The notes beneath the pieces are model-generated. The model did no database searches, was not told the origin of the DNA, and saw nothing but the letters and a program-made list of their open reading frames with translations. This document shows positions 55,373-64,000 of a stretch of 64,000 nucleotides of DNA, piece by piece; position 1 is the first letter of the stretch; each line of letters begins with the position of its first letter. The translations under genes and the position numbers were made by a program. This stretch comes from Eledone cirrhosa (lineage: Eukaryota), in contig OZ024741.1 in NCBI GenBank assembly GCA_964016885.1, forward strand, positions 2,480,001 through 2,544,000, read 5' to 3'.

Positions 55373-55947
55373 CGTGGTTCTGTCAAGACCAGTCTTCCTC
55401 TCCTAGTAGTACTGCTCCCTGTTTATCTATTAGGCTGAGCTGTTCTACCTACCTATGTATTCATGTTGTAAACTGTAACTTTCATTCACAACGTCCAGTC
55501 TTCTTACCCCTTCCGTAGTCAGTCAGTCAGACAGACAGACAGTCAGTCAGACAGACAGACAGTCAGTCAGGCAGTCAGACAGACAGAAAGACGGAGTGAC
55601 AGTCAGTCAGACAGTGAAGTGAGGTGTAGTGAGGTGTAGTATAGTAACCTGAGCTAAGCTGATGTACGTCTTGTCAATATAAAAACAGTTGTCGGTGATC
55701 TGACAACAGAAACACGTTACTTCGACCCCACCCCCTCTCCAATAAACGACATTTTCTCCTTTTTATGTCTAAAATAGATGAAAATAAACTGAATAAAACT
55801 AAACTTGAAATACAATAATAATCCCCAAATAAATGGGTGGGGTGGGGGTATATTATATATGTCTTTAATAAATGACTGAACATGGGAGAGCGAAAGTTAT
55901 GAATTATAAACATCGGACTTGAAGACATTTTTTAACGTTACTCAAAT

Positions 55948-56120
55948 AATTGTTTCTACTTTTGGCACAAGGCCAGCAATTAACCAATGTATTACTGTTA
56001 CTTTATTTTATCGACCCCGTAAGGATGAAAGCAAAGTTAACCTCGGCGGGATTTGAACGCAGAACGTAAAGGGTCGTAACTCTATGCGGCAAAGTATGGT
56101 GCCCGACGCTCCACCGATTC
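55948..56120 (-). mobile_element. SINE family 1 copy
   Basis: Reverse complement of the core and tail. Confidence 0.85.
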
Positions 56121-56319
56121 TTCCCCCTACCCTGAACTTTACCTAAATAATATAAATAAAACATTATTCGGATTTTGACAAAAAAAAAAGAAAAGAAATT
56201 CATGCTTTTATATCCTTATTTTATTAGTGAAAAATATTTTGTTTCAATTTATTGTCAGCTCTTCTCTACATTTAGAACGAAAGTTCTATAGCATAGGGCA
56301 AACCTATATATTTGTTGTT

Positions 56320-56625
56320 AAGGCCCCCATCGGTCTCGAATGACCATGATTTTACACCTAGAAAGTTCCCCTCCAAAGCTCAAGTTTGAGCATGATTGTT
56401 TGTAGAAGACCAACAGTCACCCATAGCAACCTCCCCTCTCCACACCACCGATGTTGTCCAAGGGCCGATACAGCTTGGTACCAGTGACATTGCAACTCAT
56501 TTCTACAGTTGAGTGAACTGGAACAACGTGAAATAAAGTGTTTTGCTCAAGAACATAACGCACCGCCCGGGATTCGAACTCACAACCTTACGATTGTGAG
56601 CTCAACGCTTTAACCACATGCCTTC
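56320..56625 (-). mobile_element. tRNA-derived SINE family 2 (CORE-like body), tail type a
   Basis: Minus strand: TGTGGTTAAAGCG...GAGTTCGAATCCCG...GTTCTTGAGCAAAACACTTTATTTCACGTTG. Confidence 0.8.
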
Positions 56626-57542
56626 ACTATATATTTGTAGATGTATAGAAATAGCTAAGTTCTATGGTGTTAAAAACAAACTGAGGTAATGTGTCAGATC
56701 TTGTAACATGTATAGTCGGAGGAGAAAGTGAGACAGTGATAGAGAAGAAGTAAGAAAATGATATAGAGGAAGAATCGACTCCAGTAGTATACTGGTATTT
56801 ATAGCGATCTAGAAAGGATCCGGGACACAACAAAGATTCTAACATTCTAACGACTCTGTCAATCTTCTGCCCTCTAAGTTATAAAACACGCACAAAAGAG
56901 TAAAGTTGAAGTGCAGACAAAAAGGCATCGATAATGTCAGACTAGGACCAATGGACGTTCATAATTAACTAATTAGTTGATTAGCTAAAGGACCGATGGG
57001 TAAAAAGATTAATAAAACTAAAGTGAAAATTCACCGGTACAACAATGTTTCAGAACATGATCTCACATCAAAACCCTTAAAACAAAGACAAGAAGGATGT
57101 GTATAAATATATATAAACTAAAAATAACTCTTCTATTGAAAACTGACTTATTCCAGTAAAACAGTGGGATTAAGAAGATCCATAATCTTACAATGTGAGT
57201 TCTACCCAATTGGTAAATGGGTTAACGCGTTTAAAGCCTGCCGCACGTTGTATGTATATGTATGTATGTCGATCGACTGTCGATATATATATATATATAT
57301 TGTTATACTTTGGGAGGGTCATGTTGCCAATAAGAAACACACGCACCAGTTGCTTTCACTTCAATTTATTATAAATTAAATTTATAAATTTTGGAATTTA
57401 TAAATTTCCGGTTGGTTGGTTGGTTCCACAACCAGACGATTGTTCATATATTGTCAAAGTTCTTCCGTCACACATTCTGTATATCAATATCGGTTTCAAC
57501 ACACGTTTTCAGATAAAGAATCTTGCTAAACAGATTCAGAAA

Positions 57543-57612
<70 letters not shown>

Positions 57613-57858
57613 ATAAATTAACGGAGCCATAGACTCTCGCTATTCCCTGTCAATAATGTGCTCAAAGGAGAAGAAATCCTGAGCTCTTTAAAATACAATA
57701 TGTTGAAAAGGTAACACACTAGAGAGTGATAGTGCGCCATCAATAAAACAGGGAAAAACCACCAGTGTATGGAATCTATAACCTATGAAAGGCAGACTAT
57801 AGACACGATAACTAAAAATATAAATTAAAGTATAAATACATACCTCTATAACTATATA

Positions 57859-57941
57859 ACACACGTACAAATCCAAAGAGATCTGTTTCGCCAGTAAGTT
57901 GTTGACAGAAATAAAATAGCCCATGGTTCATCAGCGTGTGC
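57859..57941 (-). ncRNA. Type I hammerhead ribozyme with a full hairpin stem III
   Basis: Minus strand: GCACACG-CTGATGA-A-CCA...TGG-C-GAAA-CAGATCT cttt GGATTTG-TA-CGTGTGT. Confidence 0.8.
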
Positions 57942-58029
57942 AAGGGTATACATTTCAGACAACTCTAAGAAAATCTAAAGCGACCGTCCAGCTACACGTG
58001 GGAGAGAGAAGTCACAGCGTGTTTATAAA

Positions 58030-58243
58030 GGCGAGTGGCCAAGTGGTTAGAGAATTGGATTCGCAATCGTAAGGTTGTGAGTTCGATTCCTGGACCCGGC
58101 AATGCGTTATGTCCTTGAGCAAGACACTTTATTTCATGTTGCACCGCCTACCTGGAGTTGCGACCGATAAATAGTATTAGCAATTGGAAAGACCAATGGA
58201 AACGTCATTTACTCGGTCCGATTTGGCGAAAGTCGATCGACAG

Positions 58244-58246
<3 letters not shown>
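58030..58246 (+). mobile_element. tRNA-derived SINE family 2, tail type b
   Basis: A box TGGCCAAGTGG, B box GTTCGATTCC, CORE-like GTCCTTGAGCAAGACACTT. Confidence 0.85.
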
Positions 58247-58308
<62 letters not shown>

Positions 58309-58477
58309 TGCGAAGTTGTAGATGTTAAAGAGTCCTATAAGGCCGTGATACATACTTCAATGACGATCAATATCGTGAATTGCATCTATCGTATAAGTAG
58401 CCTCTACTGTCACTAATATAACCACACTACATCATACCATAAATCGAGAACTTCTCTTATTTAACGTTGATGCCGCC

Positions 58478-59600
58478 TTAGATCCTCAAACCAGGAAGTG
58501 ACTTACATATCATACAGTGTGAAGGTTTACCACCTGCTAGTCTTTGTTGGTATGTTTTGTGGCGCTGTGTTAGTCCACCTGCAGAGTGACGCACTTTGGT
58601 ACAGATGACACATGGGGTACTCAAAGTGTTATTGCCATGAGTGTGATGGCTTAGTAGCCCAACCTTTGACATACACACACGACTGCGCCCCTCATATGTA
58701 AGAGTCAATTGCGAACCACGTTCTAGGAACAGACTAACACCCTATATATTTGACTGCCTGCTTCACTTCTGCTTCTTTTTAAATTCCTTAACACCAATCA
58801 GATTTTGCAACTGGGCTCTGTTCCAAGATTTTCCCATGTTTCGGTATTAAAGTTGCCCTTCTTCAGAGTATCTTTCAGGCAGTATTTATAGCTTTTGTGT
58901 GGCTTGTACTGGAACAGTTTACCATACAATAATTGTTTTGGAAGTCTGCTAACCTCTAGGCGTACTATGCGACCTGACCACCGGTCACCTCGTTTCATGA
59001 TCCTGGTCTGGGTGCATAGTAGACAGGCTCGCTGCAGTACATCAGTATCTAGTGTATGAGACAACCATGAGATCTTGAAAATCAAGCGCAAGTATTGTTA
59101 GTGGAAATGTTGGAGGTGTTGGATATACCCACAGTTGTCCATGTCTCACATCCATAGAGTATGGCTGTAAACACATGTTTGATACACTTCAACGTGTTCA
59201 CAGTAATATCTGATTGCTACCACAAACACCGCCCCAGCTTACCAAAAACACCAGAAACTTTAGATAACCAGTAGCTTACATTTTCACCAAGGGTGCTGGT
59301 GCTGAAGCGAGTACTACCCTGGTAGACAAACTTATCCACAACCCTTTAATATTTTTCCTTTGACAGATATAGATGGTGAAATTTATGGATGTCCGGGTGC
59401 ATGCTGGTACATCACCGCCGTCTTTTTCAGGCTCATTATCAGTACAAACATCAAACGCTGCCGAGAAGCAATCCACCAGAAGTTGAGTTCTTCATGTGTT
59501 GGGTTAACAAGATCGCAGTCGTCTGCATAAAGAGGATCAAGTAGAAGTGCAATATGTGTTTTTGATGTAGCAAAAGATTTGAAAGATTTGTCAGATAACG
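58478..59600 (-). mobile_element. Decayed 3' half of an RTE-clade LINE with several C-terminal zinc-finger remnants
   Basis: LYADDCDLV, WSGRIVRLEVSRLPKQLLYGKL, CMSKVGLLSH, CVICTKV..SAGGL, CMICKSLPGL. Confidence 0.8.
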
Positions 59601-59655
59601 TATATATATATAAAGAGTCGAAGTCAATGAAGCAGCATATGTACAAACTTTATTG

Positions 59656-59746
59656 ACATGTTACAATTGTTTCGATATCGATCAGCTCAGGGTACAATCG
59701 AGGTGACGAGGCTTGATTCATGTTTTCGACATCTCGTTAGATATGC
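59656..59746 (-). ncRNA. Decayed type I hammerhead (G5->A)
   Basis: Minus strand: GCATAT-CTAACGA-GATGTCGA...TCGATATC-GAAA-CAATTG-TA-ACATGT. Confidence 0.55.
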
Positions 59747-59857
59747 GAGCTTACATCTGCAAATACACTTATTTACACTCTGCACACTACAGCCGTAACT
59801 CTGGAATACAACCCAAACGAAACGGACCTCGTAACAGCATTGAGTGCTTCAAACTTA

Positions 59858-59912
<55 letters not shown>

Positions 59913-59916
<4 letters not shown>

Positions 59917-60090
59917 GTCGATTGACTTTCGTCAAATCGGACCGAGGAAACAATGCTTCCATTGGTCTTTCCAATGATACTATCTATCGGTCACAACTCC
60001 AGGTAGAATAGCAGCGTGAAATAAAGTGTCTTGCTCAAGGACATATCATCCGGTCCGGGAATCGAACTCACAATTCTCCAACCACTCAGC

Positions 60091-60093
<3 letters not shown>
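59913..60093 (-). mobile_element. SINE family 2, tail type b, inverted relative to 58030
   Basis: Reverse complement of the 58030-58246 head and tail. Confidence 0.85.
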
Positions 60094-60121
<28 letters not shown>

Positions 60122-60565
60122 GGCAATATCTATGTGTTCTTAGTAGAAAAGTGGCAGTGGCTTCAATATTCAGCTCAGTCACTTCTTCTAGTTGCAGAGG
60201 AAGAGACTAAGGTGAACCTTTAAAGATACTAACACTCTTCTATCTGAAAAAAAAAAAACTTCTACAATCTACCTACACGTATTGAGTGCACAACAGTTAC
60301 TGCTTGAATGTTTTAGATACGGTATTTTAAACAGGTATTTATAAAATATTTAAACAGTACAGTATGTAAAACATAAGAATGTTAAATTGTTACTTTCATC
60401 TAATCTACCTGTGATAGATGAGAGATAAGATGGAGGTGGAGTAGCAGTGGAGGGGAGTGGGGTGACGTGTTGTGTCTCTATTGAACCATGGTCATCTACA
60501 ACGGAGTGGCTCTCGTAGAAAGCTGAGATAACAAGAGGACGTGACTGAGCATCAGATTATCACTT

Positions 60566-63500
60566 ATGTAGTCAACAGGTTTGAGAGGTGTAGTCAATAG
60601 GTTGAAGAGGTGTAGTCAATAGGTTGAAGAGGTGTAGTCAATAGGTTGAAGAGCTGTAGTCAATAGGTTGAAGAGGTGTAGTCAATAGGTTGAAGAGGTG
60701 TAGTCAATAGGTTGAAGAGGTGTAGTCAATAGGTTGAAGAGGTGTAGTCAATAGGTTGAAGAGGTGTAGTCAACAGGTTTGAGAGGTGTAGTCAATAGGT
60801 TGAAGAGGTGTAGTCAATAGGTTTAAGAGGTGTAGTCAATAGGTTGAAGAGGTGTAGTCAATAGGTTGAAGAGGTGTAGTCAATAGGTTGAAGAGGTGTA
60901 GTCAATAGGTTTAAGAGGTGTAGTCAATAGGTTGAAGAGGTGTAGTCAATAGGTTGAAGAGGTGTAGTCAATAGGTTGAAGAGGTGTAGTCAATAGGTTG
61001 AAGAGGTGTAGTCAATAGGTTTAAGAGGTGTAGTCAATAGGTTGAAGAGGTGTAGTCAATAGGTTGAAGAGGTGTAGTCAATAGGTTTAAGAGGTGTAGT
61101 CAATAGGTTGAAGAGGTGTAGTCAATAGGTTGAAGAGGTGTAGTCAATAGGTTGAAGAGGTGTAGTCAATAGGTTGAAGAGGTGTAGTCAACAGGTTTGA
61201 GAGGTGTAGTCAATAGGTTGAAGAGGTGTAGTCAATAGGTTGAAGAGGTGTAGTCAATAGGTTGAAGAGGTGTAGTCAATAGGTTGAAGAGGTGTAGTCA
61301 ACAGGTTTGAGAGGTGTAGTCAATAGGTTGAAGAGGTGTAGTCAATAGGTTGAAGAGCTGTAGTCAATAGGTTGAAGAGGTGTAGTCAATAGGTTGAAGA
61401 GCTGTAGTCAATAGGTTGAAGAGGTGTAGTCAATAGGTTGAAGAGGTGTAGTCAATAGGTTGAAGAGGTGTAGTCAATAGGTTGAAGAGGTGTAGTCAAC
61501 AGGTTTAAGAGCTGTAGTCAATAGGTTTAAGAGCTGTAGTCAATAGGTTGAAGAGGTGTAGTCAATAGGTTGAAGAGCTGTAGTCAATAGGTTGAAGAGG
61601 TGTAGTCAATAGGTTGAAGAGGTGTAGTCAATAGGTTGAAGAGGTGTAGTCAACAGGTTTAAGAGCTGTAGTCAATAGGTTTAAGAGGTGTAGTCAATAG
61701 GTTGAAGAGCTGTAGTCAATAGGTTGAAGAGGTGTAGTCAATAGGTTGAAGAGCTGTAGTCAATAGGTTGAAGAGGTGTAGTCAATAGGTTGAAGAGGTG
61801 TAGTCAATAGGTTGAAGAGGTGTAGTCAACAGGTTTGAGAGGTGTAGTCAATAGGTTGAAGAGGTGTAGTCAATAGGTTGAAGAGGTGTAGTCAATAGGT
61901 TGAAGAGGTGTAGTCAATAGGTTGAAGAGGTGTAGTCAATAGGTTGAAGAGGTGTAGTCAATAGGTTGAAGAGGTGTAGTCAATAGGTTGAAGAGGTGTA
62001 GTCAATAGGTTGAAGAGGTGTAGTCAATAGGTTGAAGAGGTGTAGTCAATAGGTTGAAGAGCTGTAGTCAATAGGTTGAAGAGGTGTAGTCAATAGGTTG
62101 AAGAGGTGTAGTCAATAGGTTGAAGAGGTGTAGTCAACAGGTTTGAGAGGTGTAGTCAATAGGTTGAAGAGGTGTAGTCAATAGGTTGAAGAGCTGTAGT
62201 CAATAGGTTGAAGAGGTGTAGTCAATAGGTTGAAGAGCTGTAGTCAATAGGTTGAAGAGGTGTAGTCAATAGGTTGAAGAGGTGTAGTCAATAGGTTGAA
62301 GAGGTGTAGTCAATAGGTTGAAGAGGTGTAGTCAACAGGTTTAAGAGCTGTAGTCAATAGGTTTAAGAGCTGTAGTCAATAGGTTGAAGAGGTGTAGTCA
62401 ATAGGTTGAAGAGCTGTAGTCAATAGGTTGAAGAGGTGTAGTCAATAGGTTGAAGAGGTGTAGTCAATAGGTTGAAGAGGTGTAGTCAATAGGTTGAAGA
62501 GGTGTAGTCAATAGGTTGAAGAGGTGTAGTCAATAGGTTGAAGAGCTGTAGTCAATAGGTTGAAGAGGTGTAGTCAATAGGTTGAAGAGGTGTAGTCAAT
62601 AGGTTGAAGAGGTGTAGTCAATAGGTTGAAGAGGTGTAGTCAACAGGTTTAAGAGCTGTAGTCAATAGGTTTAAGAGCTGTAGTCAATAGGTTGAAGAGG
62701 TGTAGTCAATAGGTTGAAGAGCTGTAGTCAATAGGTTGAAGAGGTGTAGTCAATAGGTTGAAGAGGTGTAGTCAATAGGTTGAAGAGGTGTAGTCAACAG
62801 GTTTAAGAGCTGTAGTCAATAGGTTTAAGAGGTGTAGTCAATAGGTTGAAGAGCTGTAGTCAATAGGTTGAAGAGGTGTAGTCAATAGGTTGAAGAGCTG
62901 TAGTCAATAGGTTGAAGAGGTGTAGTCAATAGGTTGAAGAGGTGTAGTCAATAGGTTGAAGAGGTGTAGTCAACAGGTTTGAGAGGTGTAGTCAATAGGT
63001 TGAAGAGGTGTAGTCAATAGGTTGAAGAGGTGTAGTCAATAGGTTGAAGAGGTGTAGTCAATAGGTTGAAGAGGTGTAGTCAATAGGTTGAAGAGGTGTA
63101 GTCAATAGGTTGAAGAGGTGTAGTCAATAGGTTGAAGAGGTGTAGTCAATAGGTTGAAGAGGTGTAGTCAATAGGTTGAAGAGGTGTAGTCAATAGGTTG
63201 AAGAGCTGTAGTCAATAGGTTGAAGAGGTGTAGTCAATAGGTTGAAGAGGTGTAGTCAATAGGTTGAAGAGGTGTAGTCAACAGGTTTGAGAGGTGTAGT
63301 CAATAGGTTGAAGAGGTGTAGTCAATAGGTTGAAGAGCTGTAGTCAATAGGTTGAAGAGGTGTAGTCAATAGGTTGAAGAGCTGTAGTCAATAGGTTGAA
63401 GAGGTGTAGTCAATAGGTTGAAGAGGTGTAGTCAATAGGTTGAAGAGGTGTAGTCAATAGGTTGAAGAGGTGTAGTCAACAGGTTTAAGAGCTGTAGTCA

Positions 63501-64000
63501 ATAGGTTTAAGAGCTGTAGTCAATAGGTTGAAGAGGTGTAGTCAATAGGTTGAAGAGCTGTAGTCAATAGGTTGAAGAGGTGTAGTCAATAGGTTGAAGA
63601 GGTGTAGTCAATAGGTTGAAGAGGTGTAGTCAACAGGTTTAAGAGCTGTAGTCAATAGGTTTAAGAGGTGTAGTCAATAGGTTGAAGAGCTGTAGTCAAT
63701 AGGTTGAAGAGGTGTAGTCAATAGGTTGAAGAGCTGTAGTCAATAGGTTGAAGAGGTGTAGTCAATAGGTTGAAGAGGTGTAGTCAATAGGTTGAAGAGG
63801 TGTAGTCAACAGGTTTGAGAGGTGTAGTCAATAGGTTGAAGAGGTGTAGTCAATAGGTTGAAGAGGTGTAGTCAATAGGTTGAAGAGGTGTAGTCAATAG
63901 GTTGAAGAGGTGTAGTCAATAGGTTGAAGAGGTGTAGTCAATAGGTTGAAGAGGTGTAGTCAATAGGTTTAAGAGGTGTAGTCAATAGGTTGAAGAGGTG
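60566..64000. repeat. 22-bp minisatellite (GGTGTAGTCAATAGGTTGAAGA)n, over 150 units, running off the window
   Basis: Direct reading, period 22, with variant units in a higher-order pattern. Confidence 0.98.

Noticed and set aside
58030-58100. tRNA gene
   Set aside because: A and B boxes present, but no acceptor stem, and it continues into a repeated SINE body
60566-64000. CRISPR-like or telomeric array
   Set aside because: Head-to-tail 22-mers without unique spacers, no cas genes, and not a TTAGGG-type repeat

Overview
AT-rich, repeat-dominated eukaryotic DNA. The SINE repertoire and the huge (TA)n tracts resemble octopod cephalopods; this is an inference from remembered repeat families. 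No complete protein-coding gene is recognisable, and the YIYI, HTHT and LPTY ORFs in the track are microsatellite artefacts. The window holds decayed non-LTR retrotransposons of four kinds: Tx1/L1-like, CRE-like with a restriction-like endonuclease, two CR1/L2-group families, and RTE. It also holds two tRNA-derived SINE families, 17-bp and 22-bp minisatellites, and two candidate host exons near 21 kb on the minus strand. The main signal is about 30 type I hammerhead ribozyme (HHR) motifs from many unrelated short non-coding elements embedded in (TA)n. Eleven lie in two near-identical tandem arrays of a 310-bp non-coding monomer (29150-30027 and 34126-36622), the hallmark of a retrozyme that makes circular RNA. 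The second array flips orientation exactly inside the ribozyme's own stem-I inverted repeat. Several unrelated HHR families share a non-canonical mismatch (U.U, C.A) at the base of stem II, and many have palindromic, dimer-type stems III. All structures were read by eye; none was computed or tested.
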